Assembly: GCA_902569865.1 (NCBI GenBank)
Contig: CACFVT010000003.1
Location: forward strand, 1 to 51,733
Direction of reading: 5' to 3'
DNA length: 51,733 nucleotides
Source of the DNA: an uncultured Alphaproteobacteria bacterium
Lineage (GTDB): Bacteria > Pseudomonadota > Alphaproteobacteria > HIMB59 > GCA-002718135
Below the pieces are notes generated by a model. The model worked only from the letters and a program-made list of their open reading frames with translations, did no database searches and was not told where the DNA came from. The position numbers and the translations under genes are program-made. Shown piece by piece: positions 25,849 to 35,710 of this stretch (positions are counted from its first letter, which is position 1; each line of letters starts with the position of its first letter).

Positions 25849-26829
25849 TTATTTAAAATATGATCTATATTTTTTAATATTTAAATTATGATTTGCATTA
25901 ATATAACGAATAGTACTAGTTTTTGATCTCATCACAACAGAGTGTGTATGGGCGTAATTATTGTTAACTCTAACCCCTTTTAATAAAGTTCCGTCAGTAA
26001 CACCTGTTGCAGAAAACATTACATCTCCTTTAGCCAGATCATTTGTTTCAAATATTTGATTTTTTTTTATAACACCCATTTTTTTTGCTCTTTCAAAGAT
26101 TTCATCATTATCATAAATTAATTTAGTATAAATTTTACCACCTAAGCACCTTAAAGCTGCTGCAGCTAATACACCCTCAGGAGAACCACCTGTTCCCATG
26201 TATAAATCAATACCACTATCATCAATCGAAGTAGCTATCACAGCACTTACATCACCATCAGATATTAATTTAATTCTAGCTCCTGTTGACCTTACTTCGT
26301 TAATTAATTCTTGATGTCGAGGCCTATCTAAAATGCAAACAACAATATTTTCTAATCTAATTTTTGAAAAATTAGCAAATTCTTTAACTATTTTACTAGG
26401 TTCATCATCTATATTAATTTCTAAATTTTCATATTTGTATCCATATGCAATTTTTTTCATATAAATGTCAGGAGCATGCAAAAAACTTCCTTCTTCACCT
26501 ATAGCTAACACGGATAAGGCATTTTCACCACCTTGAGCTGTGATTGTTGTGCCCTCCAAAGGATCTAATGCAATATCTACTTTTACTTTGCCCTTACCAA
26601 TAGTTTCTCCTATATATAACATTGGCGCCTTATCTCTTTCACCTTCTCCAATGACTACCTTACCATTGACATCAAGTTCATTTAAAAAATCTCTCATTGC
26701 ATTAACAGCTGCTTGATCAGCAGCTTTTTCATCTCCTCTACCCATGTGAAAAGAACTTGCTATAGCTGCAATTTCAGTAACTCTGACAGCCTCTAAGGCC
26801 AAATTTCTATCTAGTAAAACTGTATTCAT
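25849..26829 (-). CDS. glpX: Fructose-1,6-bisphosphatase class II
   Basis: 326 aa. GlpX pattern: RVTEIAAIASS, DPLEGTT, GTGGSPEGVLAAAALRCLGG. Confidence 0.92.
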   Translation of the reverse strand: MNTVLLDRNLALEAVRVTEIAAIASSFHMGRGDEKAADQAAVNAMRDFLNELDVNGKVVIGEGERDKAPMLYIGETIGKGKVKVDIALDPLEGTTITAQGGENALSVLAIGEEGSFLHAPDIYMKKIAYGYKYENLEINIDDEPSKIVKEFANFSKIRLENIVVCILDRPRHQELINEVRSTGARIKLISDGDVSAVIATSIDDSGIDLYMGTGGSPEGVLAAAALRCLGGKIYTKLIYDNDEIFERAKKMGVIKKNQIFETNDLAKGDVMFSATGVTDGTLLKGVRVNNNYAHTHSVVMRSKTSTIRYINANHNLNIKKYRSYFK

Positions 26830-27615
26830 TTAATTCCAATTCGGTTTTCTTTTTTCAATAAAAGCTCGAATACCCTCTTCAGAATCTTTTTCCATCATGT
26901 TTTTAATCATAACTTCAGAAGCATATTTGTAGGCATCTGTAATTTTCATTTCTGATTGATTATAAAAAGCTTTTTTTCCAATTTTCAAAGTTAAAGTTGA
27001 TTTTTTTGATAATTTATTAGCAATTAAATTTATTTCATTAAATAATTCTTGTTCCATAAAACTGTTATTAATTAAACCTATTGATTTTGCTTTATCTGCA
27101 TTAATAAAATCACCTGTTAAAAGCATCTCCATTGCATGTTTATTTTTAACTACTCTAGATAAGGCAACCATTGGTGTTGAGCAAAATAATCCAATATTAA
27201 CTCCTGGAGTAGCAAATGTAGAAATATCACTTGCATAAGCTAAGTCACAACTCGCTACTAATTGACAGCCTGCTGCAGTAGCAACACCATTAACTTCCGC
27301 TATAACTGGTTTAGAGTTATGTATTATACTTAACATAAGATCAGAACAGCTATTAATTAAAGTAGTGAAAAAATCTAATCCCTTATCTCTATCTTTTCTA
27401 TGATTGTTGATTTCTTTTAAATTATGACCTGCTGAAAATATTTTTCCAGTTGACGCAATAATTACAACTTTAACTTCGTTATTAGTATCTGCATTTAAAA
27501 TAATTTTTTTTAAATTATTAATTATATCAAGACTTAAGGTATTTTGAGCTAAAGGATTATTAAGTGTAATTGTTAGTATATTATTTTTAAGTTCTTGATT
27601 AATTAAATCATTCAT
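26830..27615 (-). CDS. Enoyl-CoA hydratase/isomerase family protein
   Basis: 261 aa crotonase fold with FSAGHNLKE, GVATAAGCQLV and a C-terminal EGIRAFIEKRKPNW. Confidence 0.88.
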   Translation of the reverse strand: MNDLINQELKNNILTITLNNPLAQNTLSLDIINNLKKIILNADTNNEVKVVIIASTGKIFSAGHNLKEINNHRKDRDKGLDFFTTLINSCSDLMLSIIHNSKPVIAEVNGVATAAGCQLVASCDLAYASDISTFATPGVNIGLFCSTPMVALSRVVKNKHAMEMLLTGDFINADKAKSIGLINNSFMEQELFNEINLIANKLSKKSTLTLKIGKKAFYNQSEMKITDAYKYASEVMIKNMMEKDSEEGIRAFIEKRKPNWN

Positions 27616-28061
27616 ACTTTTATTATTATTTCTACTTCATCAGATAATGAATTAGCAACAAAACAATATCGATGAGAACGATCTTGCATTTTATCCATCT
27701 CTTCAGATGAGACAGAAAAATCACCCTCAAATACTATTTTTGGATTTAATTCAATTTTGTTAACACACATTTTTCCTTTTGAGTTTTTTCCCAAAAAAGC
27801 TAAAGCTTTATCTTTATAGGATTTAACAGGCCATTGCATTTTTGCTGCAAGGGCTAAAAATGTCATCATGTGACAACTACTTATAGAAGCTACTAGGGAT
27901 TGTTCTGGATTGATTTCATTTTCTTTACCACCGTATTCTGGGGCGGGACCTGCATTAAAAATATTATCGTTAATATAAATTTTATGATTTTTAGAAAAAG
28001 TTTCTGGTTTTAATGATTCTTCTTGTAAATTCCACTCTATATTAATTGATAATTCATTCAT
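27612..28061 (-). CDS. OsmC/Ohr-family peroxiredoxin-like protein
   Basis: 149 aa with two conserved Cys contexts (SSCHMMTF and RYCFVANS). Confidence 0.8.
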   Translation of the reverse strand: MNELSINIEWNLQEESLKPETFSKNHKIYINDNIFNAGPAPEYGGKENEINPEQSLVASISSCHMMTFLALAAKMQWPVKSYKDKALAFLGKNSKGKMCVNKIELNPKIVFEGDFSVSSEEMDKMQDRSHRYCFVANSLSDEVEIIIKV

Positions 28062-28173
28062 TAAAATATTATTATATTTAAATTGAAATAATTGGAAATA
28101 TTATTTTCATATTTCCTCATTAATAAATAAATTATTCTTTATTTACTTATTGGATAGGTTAGATTGATTAAAA

Positions 28174-28980
28174 ATGAATATAAACAATAAAATTAAAATA
28201 ATCTTAATAAATATATTTTTATTTTTAATTGCTGCAGATGCTAATGCAAGTAAGATTATTGTTGCAAGCACGACATCTACATATGATACAGGACTTCTAA
28301 ATCTCTTAAATGAGAAATTTTATGATAAATACAATATTAGGGTTCAGGTCTTATCATTAGGCACTGGTCAAGCAATTAGAACTGCAAAAGATGGTAATGC
28401 AGAAATTTTACTAGTTCATCATAAACCTTCTGAGGAAGAATTTATGAATAATGGGTATGGTGAAAAAAGGTATGAAATTATGTATAATGATTACGTTTTA
28501 GTTGGACCAAAAAAAGATAATGGTAAATGTACATCTGTACAACAAAAACTAGAAGAAATTTATAATAATAAATCTTTATTTATATCCAGAGGTGATGATA
28601 GCGGTACCCATCTTAAGGAATTAGAAATGTGGGATTTGGTAAATATTAATATTAATAAAACTAATGAATGGTACTTAAGTGTTGGTCAAGGAATGGGAAG
28701 TACCTTATTAATTTCAAACGAAAAAAAAGGTTATACTTTATCAGATAGAAGTACATGGATTGCATTTAATAAGAGGGATAATTTAAAAATTGTATGTGAA
28801 GATTTTCCACCCCTTTTCAATCAGTATGGAATTATTCTAGTTAATTCAAAATTGAATAAAAATTTAAATTATAAAGACGCAAATATATATATTGATTGGT
28901 TTAAAACTAAAGAGGTTAAAGAATTAATTAATAATTTTAAAGCTAAAGGCAAGCAATTATTTTATTATAATTACAATTAA
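28174..28980 (+). CDS. Periplasmic substrate-binding protein, tungstate/molybdate TupA-like
   Basis: Signal peptide, VASTTSTYDTGLL anion-binding motif and GTGQAIRTAKDGNAEILLVH. No permease or ATPase gene lies adjacent. Confidence 0.7.
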   Translation: MNINNKIKIILINIFLFLIAADANASKIIVASTTSTYDTGLLNLLNEKFYDKYNIRVQVLSLGTGQAIRTAKDGNAEILLVHHKPSEEEFMNNGYGEKRYEIMYNDYVLVGPKKDNGKCTSVQQKLEEIYNNKSLFISRGDDSGTHLKELEMWDLVNININKTNEWYLSVGQGMGSTLLISNEKKGYTLSDRSTWIAFNKRDNLKIVCEDFPPLFNQYGIILVNSKLNKNLNYKDANIYIDWFKTKEVKELINNFKAKGKQLFYYNYN

Positions 28981-30011
28981 TAGGTTATTTTTTTATTAAC
29001 ATCTTTTAAACTTTTATCATTACCATGATGAAAATGTTTATCCATATTAGGAATATATTTCATTGAGATCGGTTTCTTTCCAATAGCCATAGACATCTGC
29101 CTTACATGGTGTGCTTCTGCACCACAGCAAATTCCAATAAAATTAATATTTTTTTTAAAACAATCTTTTGCAAATTCTCCCATCTCAAATCTGTTACAAT
29201 ATAAATTGTCTAATGCTACTGGAAATGCATTATTTCCCGGAATGCAATCGCAATTATGATCAGAAATATTTAAAAAACCTGGCTCTTCTTCAGTTGTTCT
29301 ATAAGGAACTGGTAATGCTGCAACATGACAAGAAACATTTTTTCTAATTTCATCAAGATACTTCATTGTCATTTCAGGTCCTCTGTAACAATTTAAACCT
29401 ACTACATCAGCGCCATTATCTTCCATCATTTTACATGCTTCAGCCGGAGTATAACCTTCTCTTGTGACGCCTCCTCTTGGTATTGCAAAATTTGTGACAG
29501 CAATCATATTTTCTTTTTTAATAGCTTCTAATGCTATTTTCATTTCACCAGTCCAATTAATTGTTTCTGCAACAATAAAATCCACACCTGCTTCTTTTGC
29601 CCAATAAACTTGTTCTTCATACATTTTTTGACATTGTTTTAGGGTTGAAGGGTCATTCGGATCATATATATTAGTGTTTGCTACATCTCCACAAACCATT
29701 AAATCCAAATCTTTAAATTCATTTGCAGCATTTTTAGCTATTTCTAATGCATTCTTTTGTAATTCTTCTAATAAATGTTCTTTACCAATAATGCGTAATT
29801 TTTCTCTATGTCCATAATAAGTGAAAGCTTGGACAACATCACTTCCAGCTCTAATAAATTCTCTATGAAGTTGTGTAACAACTTCAGGATGTTCAATTAC
29901 TACTTCAGGAACAAAGGCTCCTGCAGATAAGTAACCTCTTCTTTCCATAGCAAATAAATAACCCTCAGCACAAATTATAGGTCCTTTATCTAATCTTTCT
30001 AATAAATTCAT
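28977..30011 (-). CDS. bhmt: Betaine-homocysteine S-methyltransferase-like protein
   Basis: 344 aa. Hcy-binding domain (ICAEGYLFAMERRGY ... GICCGAEAHHVR) without a cobalamin domain. Confidence 0.8.
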   Translation of the reverse strand: MNLLERLDKGPIICAEGYLFAMERRGYLSAGAFVPEVVIEHPEVVTQLHREFIRAGSDVVQAFTYYGHREKLRIIGKEHLLEELQKNALEIAKNAANEFKDLDLMVCGDVANTNIYDPNDPSTLKQCQKMYEEQVYWAKEAGVDFIVAETINWTGEMKIALEAIKKENMIAVTNFAIPRGGVTREGYTPAEACKMMEDNGADVVGLNCYRGPEMTMKYLDEIRKNVSCHVAALPVPYRTTEEEPGFLNISDHNCDCIPGNNAFPVALDNLYCNRFEMGEFAKDCFKKNINFIGICCGAEAHHVRQMSMAIGKKPISMKYIPNMDKHFHHGNDKSLKDVNKKITY

Positions 30012-30097
30012 AACATTTGAAATATGATGTAAATTTTCACAATATTTACAAAAATGATATATTAGATTTTTAATTTTAAAAATTAATTGTTAATAAA

Positions 30098-30880
30098 TTA
30101 TTTAACTCTTCCAAAGAAAGTTAATCTTGCATTTTCAGATAGTTCAATATTTTCCTCTTGATTATAATTTAGTGTAATTAAGATTCTAGGAATATCACTT
30201 TCAACTGGGGTTACTCTATGAAGATAATTTCTTCCATAAAATAATATTAATGTACCATCACTTGCATCAATTTTCTTTGGTTTTTTTTTACCTTCAATAA
30301 TATTAGATATGAGTGTCTTATCAATATAGTCATTATTTGAGTCTCTTCCCTCAGAAATATATTCAAATTCACCACCTAAAGGAGCAGATTGGATCATTAA
30401 CGTAATTGCAAATGAAGCATTATCAAAATGCCATCCAAGTTGTTGACCTTTTTGGTAATAATTTAAATTAATCGAAGAAAGATTATCAGCATAAGGAAAA
30501 ATCTGATCAAGTTCTAAGACATATTTTAGAAAATCTTTAAAAGTATTTGAATTATACAACAAGTTTAAATCTGATTTTTCACTAATGAGGTCATGAGGAA
30601 CACAACCTTTATCACTGGTCATTAATTGATTTATAGGATCAAACATATCCAAATCAGGTGATTGTTTATTTAATAAAATTGTATGCTTCTGATCACAATA
30701 AAAAGCTTTATCTTCTAAAGATTTTGTTTCTTTTAAAATTTTTTCACGGCTATCTATTAATAAAAAGTTTTCTAAAACTAATAAAGAGTTTTTTTTAATT
30801 AATGCGTTACATTTTTTAATATAATCGTTATCATTTATTGGATGTTTTTCAAAATCAACAATAGAATTAATATCACTCAT
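30098..30880 (-). CDS. Fe(II)/2-oxoglutarate-dependent oxygenase family protein
   Basis: 260 aa with an HxD...H facial triad candidate (WHFDN ... YLHRV) in a jelly-roll context. Confidence 0.6.
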   Translation of the reverse strand: MSDINSIVDFEKHPINDNDYIKKCNALIKKNSLLVLENFLLIDSREKILKETKSLEDKAFYCDQKHTILLNKQSPDLDMFDPINQLMTSDKGCVPHDLISEKSDLNLLYNSNTFKDFLKYVLELDQIFPYADNLSSINLNYYQKGQQLGWHFDNASFAITLMIQSAPLGGEFEYISEGRDSNNDYIDKTLISNIIEGKKKPKKIDASDGTLILFYGRNYLHRVTPVESDIPRILITLNYNQEENIELSENARLTFFGRVK

Positions 30881-30882
30881 AT

Positions 30883-31287
30883 TTAAGTATATTTTTTAAA
30901 TTTAGGTAACTTGTCTTCAATCTTATAATAATCTCTTTTGTTTTTTACATAAATATGAGAAATTGTTTTCAATTTACTTGGATTTTTAAATAAACCAGCT
31001 GATATAGAAACAGCTCTACTTCCAGATCTTTTAAAAAAAATGCTTGCTCCACAATTATTGCAAAAACCTCTCTTTGCTTTGGTTGATGATTTATACCATT
31101 TAAGAGTTTTTTTTGATTTAAAAACAATATTCTCCTCTAGTACTGAAGTATAAGCAGCATAGTTACCATGAGTTTTTGCGCATTGAATGCAATGGCAATT
31201 TATTACAGGTCGAAATTCTCCTTTAATTATCATCGAGATTCCGTTACACAAACAAGAAGCGCTTAAAGATCTAATTTTTTTATTCAT
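30883..31287 (-). CDS. GFA-family (glutathione-dependent formaldehyde-activating / CENP-V-like) zinc protein
   Basis: 134 aa with Cys pattern CLC...CHCIQC...CNNCG. Confidence 0.8.
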   Translation of the reverse strand: MNKKIRSLSASCLCNGISMIIKGEFRPVINCHCIQCAKTHGNYAAYTSVLEENIVFKSKKTLKWYKSSTKAKRGFCNNCGASIFFKRSGSRAVSISAGLFKNPSKLKTISHIYVKNKRDYYKIEDKLPKFKKYT

Positions 31288-31427
31288 TATATAATATAGT
31301 CATTCAAAAAATTTTTTAACAGATTAAATATTTTATATAAATCATTATAAATTAATATAAGTAATTATGAATGGTATAATAGATAAATATTATAATTTAT
31401 GATATAATAATTTAGCAGGTACAATTC

Positions 31428-32834
31428 ATGGATACTAATTGGAATTTTGAGAATTCTTACTTAACTTTACCTAAAATTTTCTACTCAAATACTCAACCTG
31501 AAAATTTTAAAAATTTAAAAGTTATTTTAAAAAATAAGAGCTTGTTAAAATTTCTAAATATTGAAGAAAGCAAATTTGAGAATTTGTTAATAAATTCAAT
31601 TAATAATAAAAACATTAATTATTTTTCTCAAGCTTATGCGGGTCATCAGTTTGGTCATTTCACTATTCTTGGTGATGGTAGAGCAACCTTCTTAGGAGAA
31701 CATATAAACAAAAAAAATAAAAGATTTGATATACAGTTAAAAGGATCTGGAAAAACCCCCTACTCTAGAAATGGAGATGGCAAAGGAACACTAAAATCAA
31801 TGCTTAGAGAATATATAATTAGTGAAGCTATGCACAATTTAAATATTAGCACAACTCGATCTTTAGCAATTTTAAAAACTGGAGAAAAAATATTTAGAAC
31901 AAATTTTGAAGAAGGTGGAATTTTAGTAAGAGTTGCAAAAAGTCATATACGTGTTGGCACATTTCAACTTGCAAGTTTAAGTAAAGAAAAAAAAGATGTG
32001 GAAGATTTATTAGAATATTCAATTAAAAGATTGTATCCAGAAATATCAAAAAATAATGATAGGTATTTAAAATTTTTTGAAAAAATAGCTGAAAGTCAAA
32101 TTAATTTAATTGTCGATTGGCAAAGAATTGGCTTTATTCACGGAGTTATGAATACAGATAACATGTCTATTAGCGGAGAAACAATTGATTACGGCCCTTG
32201 TGCTTTTATGGATGAATATAATCCTAATAAAAAATTCAGTTCAATTGATCATAATGGAAGATATGCATTTAATAATCAGCCAAGAATTGCTCTCTGGAAT
32301 TTAGCTCGTTTAGCTGAAACTATTTTACATTTAATTGATGCAAATCAAGATAAAGCTATAAAAAAAATTGAAAAAATGCTTAAACTATATGAAAAAAAAT
32401 ATCATGTATCATGGATGTCAATGATGAGAGATAAAATTAATATTAATAACTTCAATGAAAATGACGAAAAACTAATTAAAGAATTACTAGATTTAATGCA
32501 TGTATTTAAACTGGATTATACAAATACATTTGCTGATATTGAAAATAATGTCATTCAAAAACATAATTTCATGAAAGAATGGTATGAAAAATTAAAAGAA
32601 AGAAGAAAATTAAATAATAATAAAAAAACCATAAACAAAAAAACTAATCCAAAAATAGTTCCAAGAAATCATATTGTTGAAAAGGTATTAAGTGAAGTCG
32701 AAAAAGGGAAATATAATAATTTAGATAGTTTTATAATAAATTTAAAAAATCCTTATCAAAATGATAAGCCTAATGAATTTATAAGAGAGCCAAATGAGGA
32801 AGAAAAGGTACATGAAACATTTTGTGGAACTTAA
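31428..32834 (+). CDS. selO: Protein adenylyltransferase SelO (YdiU/UPF0061)
   Basis: 468 aa with AGHQFGHFTILGDGRA, KGSGKTPYSR and HGVMNTDNMSISGETIDYGP. Confidence 0.92.
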   Translation: MDTNWNFENSYLTLPKIFYSNTQPENFKNLKVILKNKSLLKFLNIEESKFENLLINSINNKNINYFSQAYAGHQFGHFTILGDGRATFLGEHINKKNKRFDIQLKGSGKTPYSRNGDGKGTLKSMLREYIISEAMHNLNISTTRSLAILKTGEKIFRTNFEEGGILVRVAKSHIRVGTFQLASLSKEKKDVEDLLEYSIKRLYPEISKNNDRYLKFFEKIAESQINLIVDWQRIGFIHGVMNTDNMSISGETIDYGPCAFMDEYNPNKKFSSIDHNGRYAFNNQPRIALWNLARLAETILHLIDANQDKAIKKIEKMLKLYEKKYHVSWMSMMRDKININNFNENDEKLIKELLDLMHVFKLDYTNTFADIENNVIQKHNFMKEWYEKLKERRKLNNNKKTINKKTNPKIVPRNHIVEKVLSEVEKGKYNNLDSFIINLKNPYQNDKPNEFIREPNEEEKVHETFCGT

Positions 32835-32837
32835 AAT

Positions 32838-33386
32838 TTAAAGTAAATTCCCAGCAAAAATATCTACTATAGATAATAAAATAATATGATGTGACATTTC
32901 TATATAATTATAATTATTTGAATTTATATGAATATTAATATCACCAAGCTTGGCCAAAGGATTTGATTTATCAAAACCACTCAAAGTAATAAGGGAAATA
33001 TTATTTTCATTACAATATTTTGCAGCATTAATTATATTATTTGAAGTTCCACTACTACTTATAAGAATTAAAATATCGTTTTTTTGAGTATATGCTTTTA
33101 TAGCTTCTTTAATCCAGTTTTCGTGACCATAGTCATTAGCAAAGCAAGTAATTAAATTAGCATTATTAAATGTATTAGATGGTACATTTGCTACTTTAGT
33201 AAAATCAACACTTACGTGACTAGCAATTGAAGCGCTTCCCCCATTTCCAATAATATAAGTTTTGCCTTTATTTATTTTACACTCTTGAATTAATTCTACT
33301 GATTTATCAATTAAAGATATATCAAGATCATTTAATAAATTGTAAATTGATTTATTGTAATTTTTAAAATATTTTTCAAATTTCAT
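32838..33386 (-). CDS. SIS-domain protein, phosphoheptose isomerase (GmhA)-like
   Basis: 182 aa with GNGGSASIASHVSVDF and ISSSGTSNNI. Confidence 0.75.
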   Translation of the reverse strand: MKFEKYFKNYNKSIYNLLNDLDISLIDKSVELIQECKINKGKTYIIGNGGSASIASHVSVDFTKVANVPSNTFNNANLITCFANDYGHENWIKEAIKAYTQKNDILILISSSGTSNNIINAAKYCNENNISLITLSGFDKSNPLAKLGDINIHINSNNYNYIEMSHHIILLSIVDIFAGNLL

Positions 33387-33505
33387 AAATTATATTTATT
33401 ATAAGATGTTTAATTAAAAATAATATTAATTATATATATGAATTAATTATATTTACATAATCGAAACACATTTTTTGTAAAGTGATTATATTATTTGTTA
33501 ATAAA

Positions 33506-33838
33506 TTAATCTATAGTATCAATTTTAGCTGCTAATATAAAATCATTTATAGAGAGACCTTTAATAGAATGTGTGTGTAACATAATTAATACATAACCCC
33601 ATCCAAGAGATATATCAGGGTGATGACCTTCTACTTCTGCCAAATGTGCTATTTGATTAGTAAAATTAAGAGCTTCATTAAAATTTTTAAATTTTAATTT
33701 TTTAAAAATCATTTTTTGTTCTTCATTTACTGACCAATTATCTAATTTTGACAAATATTTTATAATTTGTTTTTCATCAAATTTGAGAGTATCACCTGTA
33801 CAAGCTTGGCATTTTTGATTTTTTAAATCTATTTTCAT
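33506..33838 (-). CDS. Pterin-4-alpha-carbinolamine dehydratase
   Basis: 110 aa with EGHHPDISLGWGYV and THS motifs. Confidence 0.88.
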   Translation of the reverse strand: MKIDLKNQKCQACTGDTLKFDEKQIIKYLSKLDNWSVNEEQKMIFKKLKFKNFNEALNFTNQIAHLAEVEGHHPDISLGWGYVLIMLHTHSIKGLSINDFILAAKIDTID

Positions 33839-34764
33839 TTAAATTTTGCACCTACTTGATTTAATTCCATTTTATATAATGAGCTTGTAGCTGTAACGTA
33901 TAAAATATTACCTTCTTTTCCTCCAAATTCTAAATTGGATACTAATTCAGGAACCAATATTTGACCTATCAATTCATTATTAGGATTAAAGCATTTTATA
34001 GCCTTGCCAGCACTTGTCCAAATATTACCATCTTTATCACTTCTAAAGCCATCAGAAAAAAATGGCTTAAAGTCATAGACTAATTTTTGATTTGTTATTT
34101 TACTATCTATAATGTCAAAAACATATAAGCATTTTATATTTTCACCTGTGTCAGCAACGTAAAGTTTTTTTTCATCATGTGAAAAAGCTATACCGTTTGG
34201 TCTATCAAGATTTTTTGTCATAACATCCAATTTTTTTGTATGGGGATTAAATCTAAATACAAAACATCCATCATATTCTTGTTCACCAGGGTAACCTTCA
34301 TAGTCTGATAAAATTCCATAAGGAGGGTCTGTAAACCATATTGTATCATCAGATTTAACACATATGTCATTTGGTGAATTTAATTTTTTTCCTTCATATG
34401 AATCTACAATTATAGATACATTCAAATCATCATCAGTTTTATAAACACAACGACCTCCATGTGAGCACGATATTAAATTTTCTTCATTATCAATTGTGTT
34501 TCCATTGCAAAAATTTGAAGGATTTCTAAATTCTGAAATTTGACCATCAATTAATTTCATGATTCTATTATTTGGATTATCACTCCATACAAGCATATCT
34601 TTGTGTGGAATATAACATGGACCTTCAGCCCATAATGTACCACCGTACACTTGGGTGAATTCAATGGTTTTAAGATAACTCTTAAATAAATCTGAGTTTT
34701 CGACATGTTCCATTACTGAGTTTTTAAATTTATAAACTGTAGGACTGAAATCTTTTTTCGTCAT
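33835..34764 (-). CDS. SMP-30/gluconolactonase/LRE-family protein
   Basis: 309 aa with beta-propeller repeats, EGPCY, NSPNDI and RPNGIAFS. Confidence 0.85.
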   Translation of the reverse strand: MTKKDFSPTVYKFKNSVMEHVENSDLFKSYLKTIEFTQVYGGTLWAEGPCYIPHKDMLVWSDNPNNRIMKLIDGQISEFRNPSNFCNGNTIDNEENLISCSHGGRCVYKTDDDLNVSIIVDSYEGKKLNSPNDICVKSDDTIWFTDPPYGILSDYEGYPGEQEYDGCFVFRFNPHTKKLDVMTKNLDRPNGIAFSHDEKKLYVADTGENIKCLYVFDIIDSKITNQKLVYDFKPFFSDGFRSDKDGNIWTSAGKAIKCFNPNNELIGQILVPELVSNLEFGGKEGNILYVTATSSLYKMELNQVGAKFK

Positions 34765-34765
34765 T

Positions 34766-35710
34766 TCATACCTCTATACCTTTTTTCTTTTTATTTAAAT
34801 CAACTAGAACTGAAGGAAAATCTTTAGATCGTAAACTTTCACTACAATCCTCTTCAAGTAATTTTACAATACTTGTACTCAAAGATCTTTTACCTAATTT
34901 TTTTTGACCTTTTTTAAAAATTTTTACCATAAGATGGCTAATTTGTGCAGGAATTTTAAATTTATTAGTTAATTTATTAAAAAGTCCTACATCTTTACAA
35001 ACTAAATCCATTGTAAAACCAACATCATATGAGCCATTCAAAATGACCTGACTTTCTGTTTCATGAACAAAACTATTACCTGAACTTATTTTTATTCCAT
35101 TATATGCTGTTTTGAGATCCAATCCGTATTTTTTACAAACCATTAGAGCTTCCCCAATTGCTAAGAGATTTATAGAAGCTAAATAATTTGTTACTACTTT
35201 AAGGGTTGAAGCGTTACCAATTTTACCACAGTGTAAAATTTGATGTCCAACACAACTTAAGATTGGAAAAGCTCTCTTATAGGTTTTTTTGCTTCCAGCA
35301 ACTAATATAGATATATTACCACTTTCAGCTGTGTGTTGACCTCCTGTAATAGGAGCTTCTAGTACTGAAGCTTTTTTTTTAAATATCAAATTAGATAACA
35401 TTTTCATCTCTTCTTCATCTGTTGTACTCATTTCTATCCAAAGATGATTTTTATTTAAAAAGGGAATAGAATTAAGTAAAACATTTTTGACTGAATTTGG
35501 TGACGGTAAACAAGTTATGAAAACTGTAACATTGTGAATTAATTCCTCAATTGAATTACAAAATATGGCACCTTCAGAAACTAATTTTTTTGAAGTTTTT
35601 TTATTTAAGTCAAAAACATACAAACTAAAATTTTTGTTTTGTAGGATATTATAGGCAATTTTACTACCAACATTACCTAGTCCAATGAAACCAATATTTT
35701 TATCTCTCAT
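34766..35710 (-). CDS. NAD(P)-dependent oxidoreductase, 3-hydroxyisobutyrate/6-phosphogluconate dehydrogenase family
   Basis: Rossmann IGFIGLGNVGSK, then the typical GKIGNASTLKVVTNY helix. Confidence 0.85.
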   Translation of the reverse strand: MRDKNIGFIGLGNVGSKIAYNILQNKNFSLYVFDLNKKTSKKLVSEGAIFCNSIEELIHNVTVFITCLPSPNSVKNVLLNSIPFLNKNHLWIEMSTTDEEEMKMLSNLIFKKKASVLEAPITGGQHTAESGNISILVAGSKKTYKRAFPILSCVGHQILHCGKIGNASTLKVVTNYLASINLLAIGEALMVCKKYGLDLKTAYNGIKISSGNSFVHETESQVILNGSYDVGFTMDLVCKDVGLFNKLTNKFKIPAQISHLMVKIFKKGQKKLGKRSLSTSIVKLLEEDCSESLRSKDFPSVLVDLNKKKKGIEV

